DNA of 34,564 bases from an uncultured Lentisphaerota bacterium (lineage in GTDB: Bacteria; Verrucomicrobiota; Kiritimatiellia; RFP12; UBA1067): the NCBI GenBank assembly GCA_900321575.1, contig ONWT01000110.1:1-34564 (forward strand). Direction: 5' to 3'. A program made the translations under genes and the position numbers. Positions 15,343-24,242 of the stretch are shown here, one piece after another. Each line of letters begins with the position of its first letter. The first letter of the stretch is position 1. The notes below the pieces were generated by a model, which ran no database searches, had not been told where the DNA came from, and saw only the letters and a list, made by a program, of their open reading frames with translations.

Positions 15343-16742
15343 TGGCGACGATTGAACAAAAGGGGATGTACAAGGTCTTCCCCAGAAGCGGTAAGAATGT
15401 CAGCTTCACACACTATTGCCCTGGTTGCGGCCACGGCATAATAAACAAGCTCATAGCCGAGGCCTGCGCCGAACTCGGCCTTCAGGATCGCACGATATTC
15501 GTCGATCCCGTCGGTTGCGGCGTGTTCACGTATTATTACTGGGATGCCGCCCACATATCGGCCGCCCACGGCAGGGCCAGCGCAGCCGCGACAGGCGCGT
15601 GCCGTGCCCGTCCGGATGCGGTGACGATCGCCTATCAGGGCGACGGCGATCTTGGCGCCATCGGCTTCAACAACGCTTTCCAGGCGGCCAGCCGCGGCGA
15701 GAAGTTCGGATGCATCTTCGTCAACAATTCGCTTTACGGCATGACTGGCGGACAAATGGCGCCGACCACGCTCGACGGCGAGACGACGACCACTACGCCG
15801 TTTGGACGCGATCCCGCTCTGACGGGCCACCCGCTGCACGTGTGCGAAGTGTTCGCGCAGCTGAAGGCTCCCGTCTACATCGCCCGTGTTTCGGTCGCCG
15901 ATACGCGCCGCATAATGCAGGCGAAGCAGGCCATACGCAAGGTGTTCGAGATACAGCGCGACAAGAAGGGCTATGCGATGCTTGAGATTCTTGCGCCGTG
16001 TCCGACGAACTTCAAAATGAACGCACAGGATGCCGCCGCCTTTTGCATGAACGAGATGGAGAAAGAATTCCCTCTCGGCGTGTTCAGGGACGAAACCGGT
16101 CGCGAGCCTCTCCCGCAACGCGCCATTCCGCACTCTTCCTGCTGCGCTGAACTTTTCGCCGAGAAGGTCGCAGTCGCGCCTGCCGTGAACGACACTTCGT
16201 TCGCCGAACGCCGCTTCAAGTTCGCCGGCTATGGCGGGCAGGGAATCCTCTCGCTCGGTCTCGCTATCGCCGAGGCCGCGCGACTCGAGCGTCGCCATAC
16301 GTTGTGGTTTCCGAGTTACGGTCCCGAACAGCGCGGCGGCAGCGCCAACTGTTCTGTCGTCGTTTCGGGCACGCCGATCGGGTCCCCGACGGTCGAACAC
16401 CCCGATGTTCTCGTGTGCATGAACCAACCCGCCTACGAACGCTTTGCCGGCGATGTGAAAAAAGGCGGCGTGGTGATTGTCGATTCCACCGTTCCCGTGA
16501 AGATTCAGCCGCCCGAAGGCGTCAAGCTTATCGTATGGCCGGCGATCAGGATGGCCGAAGAGTTTGGTGTGCCCAAGGCGGCGAACACGATGATGCTTGC
16601 GGCTCTCAAGAAGTTCGGCTGCACGGGCCTTTCGGGCGAGAGCCTTGAAGAGGCGTTGGTGGCGAGCTTTAAGAAGAAACCCGCTCTCGGCGAAAAGAAC
16701 CGCGAACTTCTGCGGCAGGCGGAATCGAGGGATATCGGCTGA
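15342..16742 (+). CDS. 2-oxoacid:ferredoxin oxidoreductase fused beta (TPP-binding) and gamma subunit (VorA-like)
   Basis: Beta motifs HYCPGCGHG, VGC, YQGDGD, NNSLYGMTGGQ and CPTN, followed by gamma motifs AGYGGQG, PSYGPEQRGGSA and N..ML. Confidence 0.9.
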   Translation: MATIEQKGMYKVFPRSGKNVSFTHYCPGCGHGIINKLIAEACAELGLQDRTIFVDPVGCGVFTYYYWDAAHISAAHGRASAAATGACRARPDAVTIAYQGDGDLGAIGFNNAFQAASRGEKFGCIFVNNSLYGMTGGQMAPTTLDGETTTTTPFGRDPALTGHPLHVCEVFAQLKAPVYIARVSVADTRRIMQAKQAIRKVFEIQRDKKGYAMLEILAPCPTNFKMNAQDAAAFCMNEMEKEFPLGVFRDETGREPLPQRAIPHSSCCAELFAEKVAVAPAVNDTSFAERRFKFAGYGGQGILSLGLAIAEAARLERRHTLWFPSYGPEQRGGSANCSVVVSGTPIGSPTVEHPDVLVCMNQPAYERFAGDVKKGGVVIVDSTVPVKIQPPEGVKLIVWPAIRMAEEFGVPKAANTMMLAALKKFGCTGLSGESLEEALVASFKKKPALGEKNRELLRQAESRDIG

Positions 16743-17554
16743 TGGCGGTCAAGCGCGTCCATTTTCACGTCAATGCCGACAAGCCGGAGGCAAAGTCCGC
16801 CTACGAAAGCTTGGCCGGCCGGTTGCCCGCCTACGGCATGGAGCTATGCGAAAAGGGCGCGGACGCCGATATGGTGATTGCGCTTGGCGGCGACGGCACG
16901 ATTCTGAGAGCGGCGAGAATCCATCGCGAAAAGCCCATAGCGGGTTTCAACCTTGGCGGCCTCGGCTATCTCGCGAGCGTCGAAAAGCGCGATTTCGGCA
17001 ACGCTCTTTCGATGTTGTCGAAAGGACGCTTCTCGATAGTCCGCCGCACCATGCTCGAGGCCAGGCGCAAGGGCGACGCGAAAGCTGCCGCGATTGCGCT
17101 TAACGACATCGTGCTCATGCGCGAACTTTCAGGCCATGCGGCCATGCTCGATCTGTCTGTCGACGGGCGGGGTGTCGCGCGTTATTTCGCAGACGGCCTC
17201 GTCATAGCGACGCCAACGGGCTCTACCGCCTACTCTCTCGCCGCAGGCGGCCCTGTGTTGATGCCCGATTCAGCGAGTTTTGTCGTCACGCCGATGAATC
17301 CGCATGCGCTCGGAGTCCGTCCGATGGTCGTCAGCGACAAGGTTTCCCTGTCGGCCACCCCTAGAGCGAGGGATTGCGGACGCGATGTCAAAATCGGCGT
17401 ATATGCCGATGGAGAGAACGTGATGATGCTCGCGGACGGTGAAACCATCGAAATGAAGAAATCCCCCGAATGCGCGCTCTTTGTCGAGTTTCCCGGGGGC
17501 GATCCGTATGAAGTGCTGTCCCGCAAACTCGGCTGGAGCGGCAGTATGGTTTGA
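16742..17554 (+). CDS. nadK: NAD(+) kinase
   Basis: Motifs LGGDGTILR, NLGGLGYL, ALND, DGLVIATPTGSTAYSLAAGGP. Confidence 0.95.
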   Translation: MAVKRVHFHVNADKPEAKSAYESLAGRLPAYGMELCEKGADADMVIALGGDGTILRAARIHREKPIAGFNLGGLGYLASVEKRDFGNALSMLSKGRFSIVRRTMLEARRKGDAKAAAIALNDIVLMRELSGHAAMLDLSVDGRGVARYFADGLVIATPTGSTAYSLAAGGPVLMPDSASFVVTPMNPHALGVRPMVVSDKVSLSATPRARDCGRDVKIGVYADGENVMMLADGETIEMKKSPECALFVEFPGGDPYEVLSRKLGWSGSMV

Positions 17555-17557
17555 CGT

Positions 17558-18448
17558 ATGGCGACGGACGTAAAAGAATTGATGGCTAAAGTGGGGAGGA
17601 TCCGCATCCTCACCAACCGCCTTATCGACGATCGGCTCAGCGGCGATTACCATTCCACGTTCAAAGGCCAGGGCGTCGAGTTCGATGAAGTGCGGCCTTA
17701 TATCGCCGGGGACGATGTTCGGACTATCGACTGGAATGTGACCGCCCGCACAGGCATACCGTACATAAAGCGTTTCTCTGAAGAGCGCGAATTGACCGTC
17801 GTTTTTCTCGTCGATGTTTCCGGTTCCCAGGGGTATGGTTCGCGCAACCGCTCGAAGATGGAGCTTGCGGCCGAGATAACGGCTCTTTTGGCGCTTACTG
17901 CGATTCGCAATCAGGACAAAATCGGCCTAGTGCTGTTCTCTGACACCATAGTGAAATACATTCCGCCCCGAAAGGGACGCGACAGCGTCATGCGGCTTGT
18001 GCGCGAAGTCATCGCCGCCGAGGATGGCGCCCGTGGCGGTACCGACATTGCAATGGCGCTCAAATTCCTGAACAATGTCCAGAAGAGACGGTCGGTCGTC
18101 TTTCTCGTTTCCGACTTCATGTCCGACCCGCAGAAATACGGCAATCTGCTCCGTGCTACCGCTCACCGCCACGATGTGGTTTGTGTGCATGTCAGCGATC
18201 CGGCTGAATGTGCGTTGCCCGATGCGGGTCTCGTGGAGTTGGAAGATCCCGAAACCGGTGATATTGTCCTTGTCGATACCTCAAGCGCTAAAGTGCGAAG
18301 TGCGTTCGCCGAAAAGGCGCGGGAGGACGTCGAAGAACTGCGGCGTTTTTTCGTGAAGAACGGCATCGACACCTTGAGCATTGCTACAGACAGGCCTTAT
18401 ATCAACGAGGTGCGCTCTCTCTTCAGGCGCCGGGCGAGAAAGAGGTGA
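17558..18448 (+). CDS. DUF58 domain protein (MoxR/Bat-associated)
   Basis: Motifs G.YHS.FKGQGVEFDEVRPY..GDDVRTIDWNVTAR, EERE, DVSGS, SDF. Confidence 0.93.
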   Translation: MATDVKELMAKVGRIRILTNRLIDDRLSGDYHSTFKGQGVEFDEVRPYIAGDDVRTIDWNVTARTGIPYIKRFSEERELTVVFLVDVSGSQGYGSRNRSKMELAAEITALLALTAIRNQDKIGLVLFSDTIVKYIPPRKGRDSVMRLVREVIAAEDGARGGTDIAMALKFLNNVQKRRSVVFLVSDFMSDPQKYGNLLRATAHRHDVVCVHVSDPAECALPDAGLVELEDPETGDIVLVDTSSAKVRSAFAEKAREDVEELRRFFVKNGIDTLSIATDRPYINEVRSLFRRRARKR

Positions 18449-18452
18449 AATC

Positions 18453-19376
18453 ATGACAGCGGCGCTATTGTTGGCGGCATCGTTGCTGGCGATGCAGAAA
18501 AACGGCATCGAACTCACCTTGGACGGCAATCCCGAGGTGATAGATCCAGCAAGAAGTGTTTTCGTGAAGCTTACGCTGAAATATCCCCACGATATGACTG
18601 TGGCGCCGCCCGATTTGCGCGATCGGGTGCGCGGGTTTTCCGTCGCGGAAGATTTCGAGGAGGCTCCTGTCGCCGACAAGGCGGGCTACATCACCCAGAT
18701 CGCAAATTGGCGTCTCGTGCCTGAGCCGGTTGCCGAAGAATACAAGATCGCGCCGTTTGCGGTCATGGCTTCTCCGCGCCTCTTGTCTTCGCGCAATGAT
18801 GAAGGCAAGTTCTCGTTCTACACGAAACCCGTTTATTTCAAACAGCCGCCTCCGCGCGAGAATGTGGACGGAGAGATGGAGGTGTCGGCGAAAAAAGACA
18901 TTCCGCCGCTGACATGGAAGCTTTTCGGACTGGCCGTAGCCGCTTTAGCCGCGCTTTGCGCATTGATTGCGCTTGTCGTGTACGCGCTTCTGCTGTTGGC
19001 CCGTCGAGTAAAAGAACATCGCATGAGCCCGATCGAGCGGGCGTGGGCAGAGCTTGGTAGGCTTCTTGAAAAAGATCTCCCCGGCAAGGGTCGCTTCAAA
19101 GATTTCTATGTCGAGCTTACGATGGTAGTAAGGCGTTATGTTCAGCGCAAATACGGCATCAAAGCGCCGCATATGACCACCCAAGAGTTTTTGGCGGAGT
19201 GCAGTTCGGCGCAGGGCCGTGTCGGCGATACGGGCGCCCTAAAGCGCTTCCTGGAAAGCGCCGACATGGTTAAATTCGCCGGTGTCGAGGCTACGTCCGA
19301 TATGGCGCTAAACGCCACGTCCGCCGCACGCCAATATCTCGAATGCGATTCGTCGTCGGAGGTGAAGGCGAAATGA
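18453..19376 (+). CDS. Bat-operon membrane protein (type found between DUF58 and batA)
   Basis: Signal-like N-terminus, one TM segment, then P.ERA..EL..L...KDFY.EL...VRRY......A..MTT.EF and AD.VKFA. Start at ATG 18453 after GAGGTG. Confidence 0.75.
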   Translation: MTAALLLAASLLAMQKNGIELTLDGNPEVIDPARSVFVKLTLKYPHDMTVAPPDLRDRVRGFSVAEDFEEAPVADKAGYITQIANWRLVPEPVAEEYKIAPFAVMASPRLLSSRNDEGKFSFYTKPVYFKQPPPRENVDGEMEVSAKKDIPPLTWKLFGLAVAALAALCALIALVVYALLLLARRVKEHRMSPIERAWAELGRLLEKDLPGKGRFKDFYVELTMVVRRYVQRKYGIKAPHMTTQEFLAECSSAQGRVGDTGALKRFLESADMVKFAGVEATSDMALNATSAARQYLECDSSSEVKAK

Positions 19377-20392
19377 ATCTGGCGAATCCTTGGGCCTTGC
19401 TTATGGCGCTGCCGCTCACCATTGCCGCGTGGCGGCTTCTCAGGAGAGCTCGCCGATCTGGCGTGCGCTATTCGGCGATAGCGCGCCTGCCCGCGAAGTC
19501 CGCAGGGTGGCGCGCCAGACTGGCCGCCTTGACGCCGTATGTCATGATTGCGGGGCTTTCCATGATGGTAGGCTCTTCCGCCAGACCCAGATCGCCATTG
19601 TCCCGCCAAGACAAAAGCGTGGATTCGATTGCGATTGCCATCGCTGTCGATGTGTCGGGGTCCATGTTGGCGCTTGATCTTACCCCGAAGGGACAAAAGT
19701 TCTCGATGGACACGACCCGTCTGGCGATTGCGAAGAAACTTTTCGCGGAGTTTGTCGAGAAACGCCCGGACGACCTTATCGGCCTTGTCACATTCGGCAC
19801 GTATGCCGCAACCCCATCTCCTCTTACGGCAGACCACGATGCGCTTTTGAATGTGCTCAAAGGCGTCGAAATACCGTTTCTGGACGAAGGGGAGCAGCGG
19901 ACCGCTATCGGCGACGGCCTCGCCACCGCTTTGGCGCGGCTGAAAGAAGCCCGTCCGAAATCCAAGATCGTCATATTGCTGTCGGACGGCGAGAACAATA
20001 CTGGCGCCGTCGAACCGGACGAAGCCGCAAAAGCCGCCGCCGCCATGGGCATAAAGGTGTATGCCATCGGCGTGGGCACTCGGTCGCAGCGAACTCCGGT
20101 ATTGGCGCCTATCCCTTTCGGCCGCATGACAATACAGTATGCAAATATGGAGTTTGACGAGCATCAGCTCAAATCCATCGCCTCAACAACAGGCGGAAAA
20201 TACTTTTCAGTAAACGACCGCGACTCGCTTGAAGAAGCTCTCGAGGAGATTGACAATCTCGAAACGACGCGCATCGAGACCAGCACATATGAACGGTATG
20301 CCGAACATTTTCCGCCGTTTCTTCTTGCTGGTGCGCTCCTGATTCTCGTCGCCACCTCTCTCTCCATGCTCGCAGTCAGACGCCTGGCTTGA
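19373..20392 (+). CDS. batA: BatA-like VWA domain membrane protein
   Basis: N-terminal NPWALL, ARP, MIDAS DVSGSM, D.IGLV.F, PLT.D, TAIGDGL, LLSDGENN, YAIGVG, TGGKYF. ATGA overlap at 19373. Confidence 0.85.
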   Translation: MNLANPWALLMALPLTIAAWRLLRRARRSGVRYSAIARLPAKSAGWRARLAALTPYVMIAGLSMMVGSSARPRSPLSRQDKSVDSIAIAIAVDVSGSMLALDLTPKGQKFSMDTTRLAIAKKLFAEFVEKRPDDLIGLVTFGTYAATPSPLTADHDALLNVLKGVEIPFLDEGEQRTAIGDGLATALARLKEARPKSKIVILLSDGENNTGAVEPDEAAKAAAAMGIKVYAIGVGTRSQRTPVLAPIPFGRMTIQYANMEFDEHQLKSIASTTGGKYFSVNDRDSLEEALEEIDNLETTRIETSTYERYAEHFPPFLLAGALLILVATSLSMLAVRRLA

Positions 20393-20405
20393 CCATTAAC
20401 CGCCA

Positions 20406-20423
20406 GCGGCGGTGTTTCGCCGC
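20406..20423 (+). terminator. GC-rich hairpin after the batA-like gene
   Basis: GCGGCG-GTGTTT-CGCCGC; poor U-tract. Confidence 0.35.
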
Positions 20424-20449
20424 CTTGGTTCGCTCGCGCCGCATGAAGC

Positions 20450-20551
20450 GGTAATCTTGGGTAATCGGGTAATGCCTATGGGTGGAAGACGGGCTGGAGT
20501 AGTGGGACATCTGGGACGAATGGGACAACTGGGACGGTCCTAGAGATCCCA
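20450..20551. repeat. Short-period repeats: GGTAAT x3 and TGGGAC x4 (9-bp period) plus two inverted copies
   Basis: GGTAAT at 20450, 20460, 20468. TGGGAC at 20503, 20512, 20521, 20530. Inverted variants GTCCTA at 20537 and ATCCCA at 20546. Confidence 0.75.
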
Positions 20552-20603
20552 TTAAAAGGAGCTTGCCAGAACAATGAAGGGCGAATGTCGGCCTATGCGC
20601 TGG

Positions 20604-20633
20604 TTGCGCTGATGGACGACATTATGGTATAAT
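20604..20633 (+). promoter_or_regulatory. infA promoter
   Basis: TTGCGC (20604-20609), 18 nt, then TATAAT (20628-20633) with the TG extension (ATTATGGTATAATAC). Confidence 0.8.
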
Positions 20634-20667
20634 ACACAAGTTTTACAGGTAAAATAAGGTTAAACGA

Positions 20668-20916
20668 ATGGCGAAAGAAGAAGATCAGGCGATTGAGGTC
20701 ACAGGTACTGTGACCAAGGTTCTGCCTGCAACTATGTATAAGGTAAGGCTGGAGAACGGCCACGAAGTGTTGGCGCACATTTCCGGCAAGATGCGCAAAT
20801 TCTTCATTAAGATTGCGATTGGCGATACCGTTACGGTCGAGATTTCTCCGTACGATCTCGGCAAGGGGCGCATAACCTACCGCCATAAAGACCAGACTCC
20901 GCCACCTGCGCACTGA
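20668..20916 (+). CDS. infA: Translation initiation factor IF-1
   Basis: MAKE..IEV.G.V...[23 protein letters not shown]...I.I..GD.V.VE.SPYDL.KGRITYR, with a short Pro-rich tail. Confidence 0.97.
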   Translation: MAKEEDQAIEVTGTVTKVLPATMYKVRLENGHEVLAHISGKMRKFFIKIAIGDTVTVEISPYDLGKGRITYRHKDQTPPPAH

Positions 20917-20976
20917 GGCGCGAAGGCGACGACAATTTAAACCAGATCAACATACCAACCCGAAAGGAAACACATC

Positions 20977-21741
20977 ATGTCAGGTCACAGCCACTGGGCG
21001 ACAATCAAGCGCGCGAAGGGCGCGGCAGACGCCAAGAAGGGCAAGATATTCTCCAAGCTCGGCAAGGAGATTACAATTGTAGTTAAGGCCAAGGGAGGGA
21101 ATCCCGACAACAACCCGACGCTGCGTACGCTCATCGCGAAGGCCAAGGCGGCGCAGATGCCCAACGACAACATTGACCGCGCCATCAAGAAGGGTACCGG
21201 CGAGCTCGAGTCGGCGGCTCTCGTCGACGCCCAGTACGAGGGCATCAAGGGCGGTGTCGCGTTCGTGGTCAACGTGCTTACCGACAACAAGAACCGCGCG
21301 GCCGCCGAAGTCGGCAACGTGTTCAAGAAGAACGGCCTCGAATTCGCCAAGCAGGGCAGCGCTTCGCGCCTCTTCGACCGCAAGGGTCAGATCATGATTC
21401 CCGCAGCGGACGGCGTTGACGAAGACACAGTGATGATGACGGCTCTCGATGCGGGCGCCGAAGACGTGGTCGCGGAAGACGGCGGCTTCACGGTCAAGTG
21501 CCAGCCCAACGATTTCACGGCCGTTCTCGAGGCGATCAAGGCCGCGGGCATCGGCGTCGACGAGGAGAACTCTTCTGTCGGCCTCGTGCCGAACATGACC
21601 ACGCCGGTCAGTGATGTCGCGACGGCGAAGTCGCTCCAGAAATTCATCGACATGCTCGAAGATCTCGAGGACGTTCAGGACGTCTACAACAACATGGAGA
21701 CGACCGACGAGGTCGATGCGGCGCTCGAAGCCGAGGGCTGA
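20977..21741 (+). CDS. yebC: YebC/PmpR family protein
   Basis: Motifs MSGHSHWATIKR.KGA.D, NP.LR, MP.DNI.RAIKKG, TDNKNR, LEDLEDVQDVY.N. Confidence 0.95.
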   Translation: MSGHSHWATIKRAKGAADAKKGKIFSKLGKEITIVVKAKGGNPDNNPTLRTLIAKAKAAQMPNDNIDRAIKKGTGELESAALVDAQYEGIKGGVAFVVNVLTDNKNRAAAEVGNVFKKNGLEFAKQGSASRLFDRKGQIMIPAADGVDEDTVMMTALDAGAEDVVAEDGGFTVKCQPNDFTAVLEAIKAAGIGVDEENSSVGLVPNMTTPVSDVATAKSLQKFIDMLEDLEDVQDVYNNMETTDEVDAALEAEG

Positions 21742-21777
21742 GCCGGTCAAACATCACAACGTCAACGGAGACTTTAA

Positions 21778-22152
21778 ATGAAACTCGAACATGTGGCGAT
21801 CGACGTGCCTGACGCAGAGGCGTTCAAGGCTTGGTGGTGCAAGAATCTCGGTTTTCGCGTTTCTTCGAATCCCGGGTTCATAATGGACGATTCCGGCGAG
21901 GCCGGGCTCGAAGTCTACCGCACGGGCGAGACGCCTGCCGCGCCCGACTACAAGGCGATGAATTCTATGACGTTCCACGTCGCTTTCGTCTCCGACGACG
22001 TTAAGGCCGATGTCGACCGTCTCGTCGCCGCCGGAGCGACTCTTGAGCAGCTAAAGCTGGAGAATCCCGCTTTCCACATGGCGATTCTGCGCGATCCGTG
22101 GGGAGTGGCGATTCAGCTCTGCCGCCGCGAGAAGTCGATTTTCATCAAGTAA
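21778..22152 (+). CDS. VOC (glyoxalase/bleomycin resistance) family protein
   Basis: Motifs LEHVAIDV.D, HVAF..DDV, LRDPWG..IQL. Confidence 0.88.
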   Translation: MKLEHVAIDVPDAEAFKAWWCKNLGFRVSSNPGFIMDDSGEAGLEVYRTGETPAAPDYKAMNSMTFHVAFVSDDVKADVDRLVAAGATLEQLKLENPAFHMAILRDPWGVAIQLCRREKSIFIK

Positions 22153-22170
22153 AACGACATAGCGCCGCGC

Positions 22171-23031
22171 ATGGCAAGCTACACGACAGCTTCGGAAAAA
22201 GCGGCAGTGCTGATGGAGGCACTGCCGTATATCCAGGATTTCAAGGGCTCGGTCGTTCTGCTGAAGCTCGGAGGGTCCGTCATGGAGGTCGAGGAGAATC
22301 TCGACTCTCTCATGGGCGATATCGCGCTCATGAACGCTGTCGGAATCAAGGTTGTCATAGTGCACGGCGGCGGCAAGGCGATATCGAGGGCGATAAAGGA
22401 GAGCGGTCACGAGCCGCTCTTTCTGGACGGTCTCAGGGTGACCGACGACAAGACCTCGGAGATAGTGCGGCGAACCCTGAACAATGTCGTCAACCCCGAT
22501 CTCGTGCGCCGTCTGCAGGAGCGCGGGGCCAACGCCAGGCCGCTGCACGGCAACTGGATATTCACGGCACGCCGCATAACCGAGCCGGACCGCGGTTACG
22601 TCGGGCGCGTTGTCGCAGTCGATACGCGTGCAGTGTGCGAGATGCTCGATGCCGGCATAGTGCCGGTCGTCACTCCGCTGGGAACAGGCGAAAGCGACCA
22701 GCATCTATACAATGTCAATGCCGACTTTGCCGCCGCAGCGCTCGCCAAGGCTCTAAAAGTCCGCAAATTTGCGCTCGTATCGGACGTGCCCGGTCTGCTT
22801 CGAGATCCGGAAGATCCAACGACGCTGTTCTCGACCCTCAGTCTGAGCGAGGTCGATTCGCTCAAGCGCGAAGGGGTCATATCGGGAGGGATGCTCCCAA
22901 AGATTGAAAGTTGCGAAGACGCCATACGTGCGGGAGTGCGAAAGGTGCACCTCGTGGACGGGCGAATGGCGCATTCGCTGCTGCTTGAAATATTCACGCG
23001 TGAAGGCGTGGGAACGGAGATAATGGAATGA
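22171..23031 (+). CDS. argB: Acetylglutamate kinase
   Basis: Motifs LMEALPYI, KLGGS, VHGGG, GLRVTD, NVNAD, GGMLPK, HSLLLEIFT.EGVGT. Confidence 0.96.
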   Translation: MASYTTASEKAAVLMEALPYIQDFKGSVVLLKLGGSVMEVEENLDSLMGDIALMNAVGIKVVIVHGGGKAISRAIKESGHEPLFLDGLRVTDDKTSEIVRRTLNNVVNPDLVRRLQERGANARPLHGNWIFTARRITEPDRGYVGRVVAVDTRAVCEMLDAGIVPVVTPLGTGESDQHLYNVNADFAAAALAKALKVRKFALVSDVPGLLRDPEDPTTLFSTLSLSEVDSLKREGVISGGMLPKIESCEDAIRAGVRKVHLVDGRMAHSLLLEIFTREGVGTEIME

Positions 23032-24227
23032 GCAACAACACACAGGACCTACTTGACGTATATAAAGCCAATGTCATGCCGACATATTCGCCTTCGCTGG
23101 TGCTTGCCAGCGGTAGCGGCGTGACGGTGCGCGACGTTGACAATCGCGTCTATTACGATTTCACGAGCGGGATCGGCGTTCACAACGTCGGCCATTCGAA
23201 TCCGAGAGTCGTTGAGGCGATCAAAGAGCAGTGCCAGTCGCTCACGCACTGTTCGAATCTATTCGTCAATACTCCGATGACGCTTCTCGCGAAGAAGCTT
23301 GTGGAGCTTTCTGGCCTTGGCGGCAAGGTGTTCTTCTGCAATTCCGGCGCGGAAGCGAACGAAGCGGCCATCAAACTTGCCCGCAAGTGGGGTTCGCAGA
23401 ACGGCGGACGTTACGAAATAGTCACGATGAGGCAGGGCTTTCACGGCCGCACTCTCGCGACGCTGGCCGCCACGGGGCAGTCGTGGTGCCAGGAGGGATA
23501 CGATCCGCTGCCGGTCGGTTTCGCATATGCAGATTTCAACGATATCGAGAGCGTCAAGGCGGCGGTCACCGACAAAACGGTCGCGATAATGCTCGAAGCC
23601 GTGCAGGGCGAAGGCGGCGTGACTGCGGCCACGCCTGAATTTATGGCGGCGGTCAGGGCGCTTTGCGACGAGAAGAATCTGCTTATGATATGCGACGAGG
23701 TGCAGTCCGGAATGGGCCGCACCGGCAATTGGTTCGCCTGGCAGGGTTACGACGTCAAGCCCGACATGTTCACGCTCGCGAAGGCGATTGCGGACGGCAT
23801 CCCGATGGGCGCGCTCGTTTCCAACGGCAAGCTTGCCGATGTTTTCACGCCCTCTTCGCACGCTTCGACATTCGGCGGCAATCCCGTCGCCTCCGCTGCG
23901 GCTCTCGCGGTGATCGACGTCATCGAGGAGGAAGGCCTTTTGGAGAATGTGGCCAAGATATCGACGCTCTTCCGCGAGGCGCTTCAGGCTCTCGTCGACA
24001 AGTACGACAAGCTTCTTGAAGTGCGCGGCAAGGGTCTCATGGTCGGGCTCGTCGTCGACGGCGACGCGAAGGAAGTTGTCGAAGCCCTTCAGGGGCAGAG
24101 CATTCTCGCTCTTACGGCCGGTCCCAATGTCGTCAGATTCCTGCCGCCGCTCACGCTCGGCGAGGATGATCTCGAGGATGCGGTCGATATGATCAGCGAC
24201 GCGCTAGACTGCATCTACGGCGAGTAA
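23028..24227 (+). CDS. argD: Acetylornithine aminotransferase (class III)
   Basis: Motifs NSGAEANEAAIKLARK, FHGRT, EAVQGEGG, DEVQSGMGRTG, TLAK, STFGGNP; directly follows argB. Confidence 0.93.
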   Translation: MSNNTQDLLDVYKANVMPTYSPSLVLASGSGVTVRDVDNRVYYDFTSGIGVHNVGHSNPRVVEAIKEQCQSLTHCSNLFVNTPMTLLAKKLVELSGLGGKVFFCNSGAEANEAAIKLARKWGSQNGGRYEIVTMRQGFHGRTLATLAATGQSWCQEGYDPLPVGFAYADFNDIESVKAAVTDKTVAIMLEAVQGEGGVTAATPEFMAAVRALCDEKNLLMICDEVQSGMGRTGNWFAWQGYDVKPDMFTLAKAIADGIPMGALVSNGKLADVFTPSSHASTFGGNPVASAAALAVIDVIEEEGLLENVAKISTLFREALQALVDKYDKLLEVRGKGLMVGLVVDGDAKEVVEALQGQSILALTAGPNVVRFLPPLTLGEDDLEDAVDMISDALDCIYGE

Positions 24228-24242
24228 GAAGCAAGGAGAAAA

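Noticed and set aside
20393-20667. tRNA, riboswitch or other known ncRNA in the larger intergenic regions
   Set aside because: No cloverleaf, T-loop or riboswitch consensus recognised by eye. An Rfam/Infernal scan would be needed to exclude one fully.
20980-21750. Long antisense ORFs (also 390-1520, 11092-12234, 12389-13540, 15036-16427, 19142-20164, 27229-28290, 33037-34065)
   Set aside because: Shadow ORFs produced by high GC and codon bias of well-supported genes on the opposite strand; no motifs.
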